Source of the DNA: an uncultured virus (IMG/VR IMGVR_UViG_3300017956_000004)
Lineage: Duplodnaviria; Heunggongvirae; Uroviricota; Caudoviricetes
Strand: one strand, 5' to 3'
DNA length: 64,000 nt
IMG/VR virus record: IMGVR_UViG_3300017956_000004
The notes beneath the pieces are model-generated. The model ran no database searches. It was not told the DNA's origin and saw only the letters and a list, made by a program, of their open reading frames with translations. This document shows positions 42,501 to 50,100 of the stretch, piece by piece. Both the position numbers and the translations under genes were made by a program. Numbering within the stretch: the stretch's first letter is position 1; each line of letters starts with the position of its first letter.

Positions 42501-44163
42501 CGTTAACGATCTGGGAGAGATAACTAAATGGGGTACTACTGCAGGCCCAATCACATATGAAGATGGTCAAGAAGTTGGTGAATATTTCACTGAAGATAAG
42601 CCCTTGGATAAGAATACATTAACATCAGAATCTGCGACTGGTGGTTATAATTGGAAAACTTATGCAAAAGGTGGCAACCACAGATACAACGGCAAACCAG
42701 GTTATGGAACCTGGACAACCTATGAGGCTAACAACTCATACATGGATTCCAAATTTTACCACCATGAAAACTCTGTTTTACGCACAGGCTGGTTAACAAC
42801 TGACCACGAAAGTTCATCCAGTAATCAGACAGGTATTGATTATCCTAATAGATGTCGTGCTAATCCGTTTAGTTGTAGAGTGTTAACAGAATTAAAAGGT
42901 GGTGAATATTATCTGGTCAGAGTCATTGCCGGTAACAACAGAGGTCCTGGTTATGGTAGATTTACTTGGCGTAATATCACAAACGGTACACAAGGTGCTA
43001 TGACATTTGGAGGCAGATATTGTCCAGATGATAACCCAAGCGAAGTTGATGAAACTCAAACTGGAAATGGTGCTGAAACAACTACAGATACATCATTGAC
43101 AGTAGATCCGGGTTGGAGATTTGTCGCGGAGAGAGAAGGCGATGTCACATGGACGTATAGTGTTACCTATGGCACTACGTTAATAGAGTCTGGACAAAGA
43201 ACACAAAAGCCATACGTCTTAGGTCAAACAGGACCAGGCACAGGCGCACGTAGAGTTTATTCGTTTAGTTTGAATACAAACACTGTACAGGCAGGTTTAT
43301 TGGGGTCAGTAAAGGGCGCCGATGATAAAGAAACATCTGGTGACCCCGATGATGGCGGTGATGATAACACAGCATCAGCACAAGACAAGGCTTATCAGAA
43401 ATGTATTGCAGACAATGGTGCTAACGATGCCAAACAAAAAGCAAATGATGCAATGGCTGGAATTGCAGTTGACTGGACTGAAGATGACATTCCTGGTTTG
43501 GTTTGCTACTATAAATCATATGGTAGACATGCACGTGATGTAACTGGCAGTTTAGCAGAACAGGTAGAGGAAGCAGCCGCGGCTGATACCGCACCACCTG
43601 CAGAGGCAGGTACTATTCTTGAGGAAGGTTGTGCTACCACCATGAGCTTTGATAAAGATCCAGAAACTGGTGAAAACCTATATTATTATACAGGCAAATA
43701 CTATTACAAGGTAGCAGATGGTGAAGGAGGGTACACCAGACAAGAAGAGGATTCAGGTGACAGATGTCCCCCCAAGGACACTATAGTGGGTTCACAAGAT
43801 GAGGAAGATTGGTTTAACGGCGGTGGCACCCCTGACAATGATGATTCTGATGAGGGTGATACTCAAATTGACGGTGCAGATGATGGTACCGATGATGATG
43901 GTGGAGATTCGGGCGATGACGGCACAGTGAATGACACAGATGATGGTACTGGTACTGGTTCTGGCACTGGTTCTGGCTATCCAGCTGCAGGCACAGTGCT
44001 TGCACAGATATGTGAAACCAAAGTTATTAATGTTCTGGGTACAAATTTTGTGATAAATACAGGTATGTTAATACAACAAGTTGCCGACGGTAATGGCGGA
44101 TCAAGTGAAATTAAAGTAGTTAATTTAGGCGAATGTCCTATTGGAACAACAGGTTTCGCCTAA
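27547..44163 (+). CDS. Giant baseplate wedge protein, N-terminal part (gp7-like), with YHYH, PA14-like and beta-repeat modules
   Basis: Follows gp6; NY.EYYW.P.GP, WSRVNFWYH, AERPIIEF, YYDTDRP..HPWEMLGF.EKP.WW, WKFGD.SP.E.AW, FYRGMIQSKGT, EWA.K.GEFG, PNAGYV. Confidence 0.75.
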   Translation: MSDKKLYKKLPVVHQTTAIKNFFESTVEQLFSKSNTESIQGYIGSRSSDDINLSGQYLQEPTVTKRFYGLSPTVNTINPDTGDSENLIFYDELVDTLKTYGVDVSDHNKLFGDRYSAFLPPIDPDKLLNYSEYYWYPEGPSTINVRGTATNPIDIHTDVIGKAHFTPPSGKPFRNGMIVRFDGEYVTPQTLTISEYIVTGVGENIQLVNKKDNFSTRFTDVKEAEFDYFTNDLSEAVHSAAYVQELHITSHGRGYVDPEILIYDNVYVYEDDTGSDYANLALAYPEGRIEYTNEFEQTTNVISLAKTIESNLGEQSLTDYSNIVTIINAFGRTYIDSSGTEQPATLAQANITLNTFNGIEATVSGGAGYTGETDILVFDTIVQATANVTEMVAQHGNAIVTDTILVDTTTNIKVGQSVTGYDFTSTVKQVIPVDVPAGIAAQVVLNDNIDFNSTLFAANPTLTFKGVDFSAVARMSNAVYGDGTVNLQSTQAKVGVNPNNPKDYYFVGGTRSYDVDLDGDGTGDGFWGGTVANSSADYIIQQRGAKNKNVWSRVNFWYHRDNFLDAGDSLPNREYRAERPIIEFDRNLELYNHADTTAGTVTMAVTGALIADIEGQKPGFTLDSVPLENSTFIVTNESKDANKYIYTAKLNINTGVLEVIRAGDPLLNPANTVDGDSGFIPFEIKKNQSVQILSGGENIGKEFVYNGVEWMIGQEKVKANQAPLFKLYDDSGVLLDDDTKYPSSTFKGNKIFGYATSATSDSILSTVKDKVLGFPLVYQQYKSSSEIVFENFQDTTTYKFTPLNASSASVINGYRYYKNLSDNKFYSAWKNATDVNEQRVYTTYTLTQVDIDRSLTRYSIGCVPRRNTNKNSGYDIEVKINGNNFENFVYSNTLEGYIELTGGSISAGDFIEISAGTDTGLLRINSNSKYELPLSWGHNYTKQDIRQISEPEYLEHFSKYMSNQDGFAGEPLGSNNFSNGPKNVNKARTIVQTNHDLVLGAFLVDDQPHNLVDALRFCGHEYVKYKHRLRNEIQKLYESDYGEGPSVEQMLETTLRNLISFKIGTDVFNRTYIVPFGDNFLEETFVAALNQTQFVLKNSADLDKIENSLLIYLNDNLLCIDKDYEISSFSPISINILSNANLKAGDKIVAKLYDAERDSAQCPPTPSTMGLLPLHQPEKVLDSTFQTPIEVIIGHDGSKTPAYGDYRDDVLMNFETRIYNSAKGEFRERNSILDYSTVDVRGGAFRDNNYKYTEWQDLLRHGFSVWTNINPVNPIINEFYDEDNEWTWNYGDDSFPGHWRGIYEFYYDTDRPNSHPWEMLGFTEKPLWWDEQYGSDYSVTNVAMWDDLEEGIIRRGPRENLQNENYLYNNPFRRKGLKAIIPVDANGNLISPYRLFTTGTTRKTVEWVNTDTGNHSGFKTSSFLNVDGLNVSYDSSNVYVQSSAIVNHSLPIDQNVLTQYTTLYGEPLKEQPISYVIGTTPLNTVLSNPTPMAKNGAVAVAVNGLPLYGVDYGNSWQNEGVWYEDRVRRERRRDLNYESDNKGLFHYHVLIPEIVGLQEWSTTEHSPIVAWAFDGLPVYGPYGYSDPTDNTSEIVRIKSPWVLREGLRTSGPGGAHTGVYIQDYRLDATLEAASGYTNRFNVRYSVTPDSPTAPIWHYVCTLDENLQPAFPYHVGGGIENVDHWAGNYYASSTALGRIGNIEVLDEGGLYTTANITISGDGFGATANAVIEDGKITSVVITNPGSNYTQATVAISGDGVRAKLKINLSDVDNARNSATVNSEATPAYTSTKEVELRIIGDISKEWKFGDTSPVEYAWKKSENFGFVQSEALLLAKPGRFASVFSDPTNLYKPVVGGYLLSNVDKKRWKFTNKNHFRIHGDRDSDGKFITNVGYTQFINSWLKFQGLNIDTDFAPQLRTLNMKLAHRMNGYVDKDTMIVRTDQYSNDGKATSLIIPNNNVDVTVHSSNYKDRHFYTGVLIEKTATGYRLRGYDRTKNYFEILESKVVGGRRQSVEVGGEGVDFIQWRPNETYTKGTIVKYRDGFYQSEANLTVGDTFDPTGWANLPSLPQQNGAKGVLYQETTGKILRVNYNTVYETVQEVYDFLISLGRHQESHGYDFGEYDPVIGEVRNWQYAAKQFLFWTVGKWEIGNTILLSPLANKANFEVPRGFIAKINRSEREQFSILDQDGGVIPPEECEIIRENNKIEIKPPTGSQIYAVMLFTKEVEHALILDNKTDFNDVIYDDLLYQKHSRIKVKATRTKNWTGKLFTEGFLVNDDELLPNLDNLAETMGRYTELGFIPVEKQIYDISRQQYGFNQRDYLRDLDVADEEQFDFYRGMIQSKGTAESLTRIARSSAVVQGNVTVYDEWALKAGEFGDLDNSQSVELKLTKSEIVQEPQLITTRTPVDITYSVTGVEVLQARYTYDTPPQIVISSPADKTGVQAEAKANLNSEGKIESVTVTNAGNGYRLNEACAMVIGAEVQSNNTDTLLNNAVADIDTSNSFIDTNKTNVTVTLADNISGSGNITLLVDTAPANITVADIVDAINSNASLNVNITAKEISSHQGSTVGSHIILSGKDFTVVDGANISLVNGTYQPKQRFPLVTTVYTNDYNTSVEDVKVYIDGVSIPNQATIDNVTTTNWVYVPGNVNTITTSVNHPTIDTNSPRGNADQFDLINNSVTFNLSSPLDANNINLSKDGVYEFVEVYINGTRVKNLTDSERLPVVATYANLPPLASALGQAYVVRDELKIYLAQELTNNNTWTHVGTVLASDIQAETSQHITFKWNSTRFILTQNTITFPDVKNLPQELLTAFKNPPENYSLSGQRETVYALPAGSKIEVIERGAIEFDDSLKKDLPGSTVKGVVLVQEGLSVKIAPQRTFEITPDLKSDRVITIDIDDKNRFVKKPTGQIGYSIWPVTGKVDHTGITDKDYPTIPNAGYVHPEDVKYRAFDLASLPDLFDENVLLKPQQGDLIHVAKSENNDWNVYRLENTAAQTEFLMREEGGNVSLYTDYSLFNYLDTNQIGEPNTGRYLDYFLTLNNATLSDKVVVWNNESVIQSKQTTITAFDAPQMVEARIASIRPRNLRTISNVEPETGRYYNGLQITNVNDTTNQITIAGNNFSEIEVGDYIRLLDNAGVVSQYDANMTASGNVLTINARGIANVEITNGGQGYQSVPIVTFSSPSNGGNLDVAAGTAYILGNVASISITDTGNVQTPAPEITIQAPDSGNTATATGEITGAEIVGFEIINPGSDYAKDNQNIAVTITGANTTLAVAHGHTDSEGRIDYIDIEDRGAGYSELDIQVTVGSSGNPAVVRPILRGNLSVTMTSVGDGYDFVPEVTIDNGEVTGATAILNAEVTHIGLIRKGAGYATTDTVTMTLDAANTSPATATINMQSGVDEVAARFAQVGAGNVSIKLSAQYQTDFLYLNNVDLTAEQKATAANITALFGRAQKVQSVDAVSGNITIVNDAVTDVTVLGNNIIRSNVYGTGYSINVYETFDNQDYEVLTRTPTTITINRPNSVKSYAVSMRHYNQSKITSANHGYQEGDVVRIRTNKISGMFKIDHATQNKFTIPAKYVPGFTDGEIISEGLEIKTVGNHGISPLYAASGKRIAVHFAEPLYYNKVYPISSLTADKLFVDDYWPRDARTHVYYEHKQKLLNGSSPYQEGVVSLANATNTIAVTENIRMADHLIQYTSNSDVVSSAHLTWHGNYLEVSPTALPGNTSISTEVSVQRQMYRGGNRYAMLTTIDHDKVTLNGSTVSVPSYNNPQAVASSLNREMEKRRQFTNTDNGNFGLRFAMLKNPNTAIYEDFSAGEISDYGPYIRDKNIIELLSGGKLSATGEMSIGNTDEERIDPNFSKANKQVGPHKGLTYTDENTGVEYCWSPALQRYKVKYIPPDVGDVDEREDDRAEDHEYQTRNKEYEYKEGDQSNTTIVDPDILTSIPGSREGVIIGAPGYTQPVYDMQANVSYTVNSNVSVIPKYRLAPNNYNVYEVYEGVQNDDEDLYYILVDKVPPPLVEHDFYATVSFWSDFNTLPLTNYYYDNEIIPTVNVSNQITNADDPIRLQNTGYVLSLGEVEPAAYIGLQKVTEPFAVSGGNGTDAQQNILAAAQMRVSSPDLNTGATIEVETNGYDSFLLWTGGLKPATRIPDAAGPGRLPGYDGTPSTLGFGRGYYQPGVNDFPADYPETATLTYDRPIQRLAYSRNVPVYPESRNYVFDMWEHFGNVVANIDVVSGESNVTITDDTVANVQVDDWVIISGTEIGTITEVNGNVITLSQPLTADLARNESFAVEGDGTRFTQEQYQDAVDNGLTSIGAYPLDELILRTINPEFGVQGAGDGKLVAENIFVACFWTEDFTYVDQIVGWDYNNLYADGTPKEIIEDYDGTVVRFKYIRLTELPETAVTRRLIPDTGYAGKGWTNRQVDTVTLDFTDANEDEIWELFNPDNYTAGSTGGEGGPRTVNVGDRGNTTQPTDAGTTVTNDGTLIVDDPFKNDDLVPTTPVGPILTGSIFDGLPGPCVPPDDPSKNTVPNVNGDIACGEVDVVTKYVQLSAAQINDENTGRVILGPDESWGYHSFKVFGEGDVSLFFNTVQHIPGVATSEYTQSDTPLGFVLVQHQDQYPADGTDEDKAAWVSDIRNILFSTEHSGSNDSNDGDQIIYYGFENFDQRTEESRDLFVEDQLGLAVDHPWFTHTPIPGDGSQYWNGSHLPSGAYFSDEVPLKDILKTGGGAKQNVIVEGIGALTKYGVDCSQGQWLTLFIMTQCTDTSGGVRGPADGETIKGDPDKVWSAVIKYQTEKIILDNTDDPEDGTDDNGEVVCAYENASSRAYQQGMFITEYQASSDNGYFGQHDDNGEYDKGTGRNNLDNIYFDHSPPSTVLSWHPDTPYKSGTPKEVTGNFSPYSKQATYTSKIKSGWYSSFSSWNFNYDAYNRERRTLVGKGYWLCPSDGLYEVSGYSDDGLHVWISSAWGGFQNHPYGGKYAHRIGVNDLGEITKWGTTAGPITYEDGQEVGEYFTEDKPLDKNTLTSESATGGYNWKTYAKGGNHRYNGKPGYGTWTTYEANNSYMDSKFYHHENSVLRTGWLTTDHESSSSNQTGIDYPNRCRANPFSCRVLTELKGGEYYLVRVIAGNNRGPGYGRFTWRNITNGTQGAMTFGGRYCPDDNPSEVDETQTGNGAETTTDTSLTVDPGWRFVAEREGDVTWTYSVTYGTTLIESGQRTQKPYVLGQTGPGTGARRVYSFSLNTNTVQAGLLGSVKGADDKETSGDPDDGGDDNTASAQDKAYQKCIADNGANDAKQKANDAMAGIAVDWTEDDIPGLVCYYKSYGRHARDVTGSLAEQVEEAAAADTAPPAEAGTILEEGCATTMSFDKDPETGENLYYYTGKYYYKVADGEGGYTRQEEDSGDRCPPKDTIVGSQDEEDWFNGGGTPDNDDSDEGDTQIDGADDGTDDDGGDSGDDGTVNDTDDGTGTGSGTGSGYPAAGTVLAQICETKVINVLGTNFVINTGMLIQQVADGNGGSSEIKVVNLGECPIGTTGFA

Positions 44164-44186
44164 AATTTAAGGAGTAATATCAGTTA

Positions 44187-47100
44187 ATGAAGATCAAACC
44201 CACAGTTGTTACTGCTCCACCACTTCCAGGAGTTCCAGACTATATTGCACCTTGGCAATATAGAAGATACCAAAATCTGTTGGCTCAGGAAAAAGTTTCT
44301 GCGTATACAACTTCTGGTGGTTACACTAATGAACAATTAAGATTAGCAGCCCGTGCAATGGGCAAATGTCCTCCTGGGTACGAAAACAAATGCAGAGTTT
44401 TGAGTTTGGACTATGGCAGTGATACACCTTTTATTAGTCCTGCTCCTGGCATCTCACCAATGGCCAGTTTAAATAATAAACAAGTAAAAGTATCTAAAAA
44501 TAGAACACTAAATGCAAGAGCCACAAACGAAAGAGTTTGGAATGGTACAAAATATATTACCACATATGGTAACAATAGCGGTGCCGGCACACCTGAAATG
44601 GCAGTGTGGAGAAGCATGCCTAGCTCATTTGCACAACCTAAAAAACAAACAGTCTCACCTGAACTATATGGCTACGCTACTGATGGTACCAACGGTATAA
44701 GCGAAAATCGATTCATTAGTGTAACACACCAGCGAGTATCTGGTGGTAATATTGTAGAAAACAGGAGAAAGCTCACTGTTGTACCCAGAGTACCAAAAAC
44801 ACTTAATTACATTGTACTACAAGAAGGTGACCAAAGCAAGACTTTAAAAAATCTTTCAGGATTAAATCAGACTACAAAATTTTATACTCAACCTCCTAAA
44901 GTAGGCACAACAGTAAGTGTTAATGGACAAACATTCCAAAACATTCAGTTGCCCGGCGGAAGCGGCTTCGAAGGCGTACCACCTGTTAAAGGTCCTGGTG
45001 ACCCCATTGGTAATGGCGGCGGCGGAGGCGGCGGAGGCGGAGATGGCGGTGGCGGCGGTGGCGGCGGTGGCGGCGGCCCCAATATTGTTGATCCTGACGC
45101 ACCACAATTTAATCTGCTGGATATTAATGGTGTAAGATTTAATCAAAAGCCTGCTATAGATATTACTCCCCTGGAAATTGATAGCCAGGGTAATTATTTT
45201 GCTGGTGGTCCTAAAGCCAGAGCATATATGAGTAGTCCTACCCCGGAAGTCAGTTTCCCGGCAAACGATTTGTTTGGCATAGCAGAAAATACAGAACTAT
45301 TAATTAATGGTAGAAAAGTAATCATACGCGGTGGTGGTTTGTCTGATATCAAAACGCAAGTAAACTGCGGCAGTATGGGTGTTGAGGCATTTATAGAAAA
45401 AGGCGATAGTGAAGAACAAGATACAATCACACTGGTAAGTTGTAATGGCAATCCGTTTACTATTGCTAATGGTTGCGGTGGTGGAACTTATCAGCAAGTA
45501 GGTGACTTCCATATTAACAGAGGTTTTGAACAACAGCGAAATAAAACAGTAAACTCTAATGCACATTTAATATCATCCAGTTTAAGCACATACAAAGATG
45601 AGGACGGCAGTCTAAATAAAACAAACTTTGGATATTTTGGCCCAGGCGGCAACGCCAAGGATTTAAATCCAGAAATTGGTAAACAAGAATACTTAAAGTT
45701 TTATCCTGTTCCTGCAAGTACTAACGACATTTCTGGAATAGGCAGTAAAGCAAATCCGTTTTTTATAGATACTGAGAGTACAACAACTACATTTACTACA
45801 TCAGGTAGTGGATACAGAGTGGGTGACAGATTGAGATTGGTTGGTGGTACTCCTGTAACAAACAGTAAAGGACCAATTACAAAAGTTTGTATAGAAAATG
45901 CAGGTAGTGGATATAAAAATCCAGCCAACCTACAAATATTATTTGACTCTTCAGATAACTCAGGTATAGGTGCAGTTGCAGTTGTAACAGCGTTAGATGA
46001 AAATGGCGGTATTGCAGAAATTGTAATGCGTAATGGTGGCGCTGGATATGATTTTAAAAAACCACCAAAAGTATCAATTTACGATGCAACACCCACAACA
46101 ACAGAATATACCAGTATAGATGCAGCATGGCCAGCACAACCTTACGGTGCTAATATAGAAGTAACTGCAAATCAGTATGTTAGAATTGATGCACAAACAG
46201 AAGTTTTAGATGCATTAGGTAAAGTAGTGGGCAACGAAGTTCAGAGCAGATACTTACTGGCAACCGGCGATCATGCATTTGGTGAGATGGTTGAAGTGGC
46301 TAAAAAAGAACTATTCACTGGCACGAACAATGTAACTAATATAGAACGTATAGAGGATAACAAGTATAAGAATCGTGTTAAGTTTACACTTGCTAATACA
46401 ACAGACTTAGTTACTCCTGGCACTGGTAAAGGTATGAGACCAAATAGTTATGTAATGGTTACTCACTATCCAGTGGGTGCAATTACTGGTCCATTAGAAA
46501 TTTTAGGGCATACAGGAAATGCTACAGTAAATTTTGAATACAGTGTTGAGTACAATCCACAACTGGAACAAACTTATTTAAACCAAAACAGTAGGACCAC
46601 ATCTCCTATAACAGATATTCAAGTTTCTAGACGAGAAGTAGCACTGTATGCAAATGTTTCTGGTAATATAGAATGTGTTGGCCACTCTTATATGTATAAC
46701 CCTAATGACAGTAGTGATGGTGGTAATATCACATTAAGCCAAATTTATGATACATCAGGTAATCCGGTACTGGCTAATGCTACAAACAGTTTAGCAGATG
46801 GTGGCAACGTGTGGATTTGCCCTAGCACTGTGAGCAAATTTTGGATACCAGAACATTATGATGACGGTTCTGTTTTTGGAGACACTGATACAAGTACTCC
46901 TTATTTTGTGATTAATCATCCTGACTTTTCCACTGATGCGGCAGTATCTCAGGCTTTCCCAGCTAACACAGATGTGAAAGTTTATAATATACAACCATGG
47001 TGGAATGGTATCAGAAACGTTAGTAACCCTCCGTTTATAGACAGTATTGATCCACGTACACCTAAAAATGAACCAGTACTAAGTGCTAAAATCGGTATAG

Positions 47101-50100
47101 ATGGTGATACAGGCGAGTTTTTAGATGATAGTGAGGGTGGCAGAAACTACAAAACTTTTGCAGGCCCCATAAGAGCGGCCAAGTTTATTGTAACAGGTGT
47201 AGATAGTCAAGGTGCTATCACCAGTTTACGTGTGATCGACCGCGGTTTATACGCAAACTTCCCTAGTGATTTAACATATGGTATCCCACTAGAATACGAC
47301 TATGCTACTGATGGCTCTGTGAGTATCCCAGAAGGTAAAGCAGGCACTTCTGTAGGGCAAGACATCAGGGGTAATACCCTGGGTGTGGTAGACCCCTCCA
47401 GGAACAATATAGCATACGGTACCAAAGAACATCCAGAGTATACCAGATACAGTAACTTTAAATCGGGCAGAGGCATATTTGTCAATGACAGTGACTTGGT
47501 TATTGATGGTATGGACGATCCAGAGGAGTGGGAGGGCCGCAAAGACTGGATTGTGGGCAAAGTGGAAGACAATGGACAGGGCCCTGCTAACTCAGCCGGT
47601 CTTGCAGCCCTGTTGGCTGCAACACAAGATCAATGGGGCAACAAGGTTGTTATCTGGTACATGAGATGGTTGGCCGCCGGCAGACCTAAAACACAGTACC
47701 GTTTACAGTTTCCTGTGGAATCATCTTACCTGGCAGATTTGTTAAACAGAACAGAAGAATCTTTAGAAGATTCAGAGACAGTTGGTGGCATCACGTACAA
47801 TCCAAAAGAAATTCTTGCTTCCTACAGAGAGAGCCAAGCAGCACTAGCCAATAGATCAGATCTCATACCATACAAACACGGAGATTGGGCATCTTATCAG
47901 GAGTTCTTTTACGACGGTAAATCGTTCCAGCCTTATACTGGTTCACCTGGTGCGTATGACCCTAGCACTTATGTTGCTCTTAATCCCACAGAGTTAAGAC
48001 TTAAAGGTCCGGCAAAAATGTTTGCAGAGGGCAAACTACTTAGAAAAGACAGACTGATAGAACTGGATCCTAAAAGTATTGAATACGGACTGTACAAAGG
48101 TACCAGAACAACAGGTGAATATCAACTTGCAGGTGGTACAGGTGCTAGGGTATTCTTAACAGCACAAGAAGTGCCTAACTGTAGTGAAAAAGGAACTGCT
48201 AAAGAATCTCTTAACTTGCCAGACGAAGTTGTAGAAGTAAATACACCCAGAGCGTTTACCAGAGCATTAAACAATGCATTAACTGGTGCAGGCTATAGTC
48301 CAACTGATATTAAATTTAAATTTACAGATTTAGGTGACATTGGACAGATAGATTTAGTTAGTACTTATCCTGGTTTTGAAATTGATGAACCAAACCCAGG
48401 CTTCATAGAAAAACTTGGATTACCAAAAGGCACATACAATACAGCAATGCTTTGTATAGAAGCCACTCTGAATGATCCCACATTAACAAACGACTCTGCT
48501 AATGCCATAATAGATCAGTTTTATGATTCAGAATATTTTGGTGCACTGACAGGAAGTGATTTAGCAAATGTAACAGGACTGCCGTCAGACTTACAAAGTC
48601 TGGAAAACACCGCGGTGCTAAGTTTACTTTGTGTGGACAAAGTTGGCCCTGCTAATAATCCTCCACTATATTTGAGTCCAGGTGCTACAGGTGCTCCATA
48701 TACTGGAATGCCGCCTGCAGTTCCATTAAATGATAATAACAGTATTTTTAATGGTGGTTACAAAACGGTTATTACAGAGCTTTTCAAATACGATCTAACA
48801 AACATTTATGGTGATAAATTAAGGCTGGGTTCTACAGAACCCAAGCAAACTACTGATGTATCTATTTTCAGCAGTAAACGATTTAACGACTTTAATAGTA
48901 TAAGTTTATATGCAACTCCTATTGAAGATACCATAGTAATACCAGAAGTACACAACCAAGCAAATGCATGGGTAGACAATTATAATGGTGGTTGGGCGTA
49001 TTTAGAAAATGGTAAAACAATCAGGTCCCAGAGTAATTTAACAGACACTAAATTTATAACTAATGTTTTAGCATATGATAGAGACACTGGAATCAAGAAC
49101 AGTGATCTAAATTTATGGGATCCATTCAAAGGTGTACTGCCTGGCGTGATACAAAATGAAATACATCACATCAATGAAATTGATCCTGTTGCATACACAA
49201 ATACCAGAAGTAGTTTTGGTAGAACCAAGGTAGGTCAAGTTTGGTGGGATACTAGTACTATTAGGTACGAGTGGTACGAACAAGGCACCAATGAGGAACG
49301 TCACAGACATTGGGGTAGAACATTCCCAGGATCATCTGTTACAGTATGTGAATGGGTAGAGAGTAAAGCATTACCACAAAACTGGAACGGCAACGGCTCT
49401 CCAAGATGGAGAGACAGATATATCACAGAGCGCCATCATGATCCTGTTACAGGTGAATACGAACAATATTACTATTACTGGGTACAAAACCGCACAATAC
49501 TGGATGACAGAGTAAAGAGAAATTGGAACAGGCAGTTTGATGTAGAAACTATTGCGAAGTATATTAGTAATCCTGTGGGCTATGGCTTAAATGTTGTTGC
49601 ATTTGTAAGTCCAGAAAGTTTTAATTTATATAACACTAATCAGTATATCACTGATAACGATACTCATATACAAATTAATTATAGCAGTAATTTAAATCCA
49701 GACGGCTTAAAGCATACCGCATGGAAATTAATGCGTGAGAATGATGATGCTAGCGACGTGCCACAGCACTTGTCAGATAAACTGATAGACAGTTTAGCAT
49801 CACAAGATGCTATAGGACAAACTGTACCTGATTTCACTTTAAGTTATGCTGAGAAATACGGTATAGGGTTCCGTCCACGACAAACCATGTTTGTAGACAT
49901 TCGCGAAGCACGTAGAGTGATGGCAAATGTACTGAATGAATTACTTGCAGACATAAAACTGGAAACGCAATATCCTGAATGGGATTCAGACGTAGAGCAT
50001 TATGGCTATACCTGGTCAAGAACAAACTGGTATGAAAAACTCAGAACTGATAATCAAACAAATAAAGTTATTAGATATGACGACAGTTACAAGCCTGTTT

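Noticed and set aside
44150..44200. Frameshift or readthrough joining the two giant ORFs
   Set aside because: Clean TAA, a further in-frame stop shortly after, and a separate RBS and ATG for the second ORF
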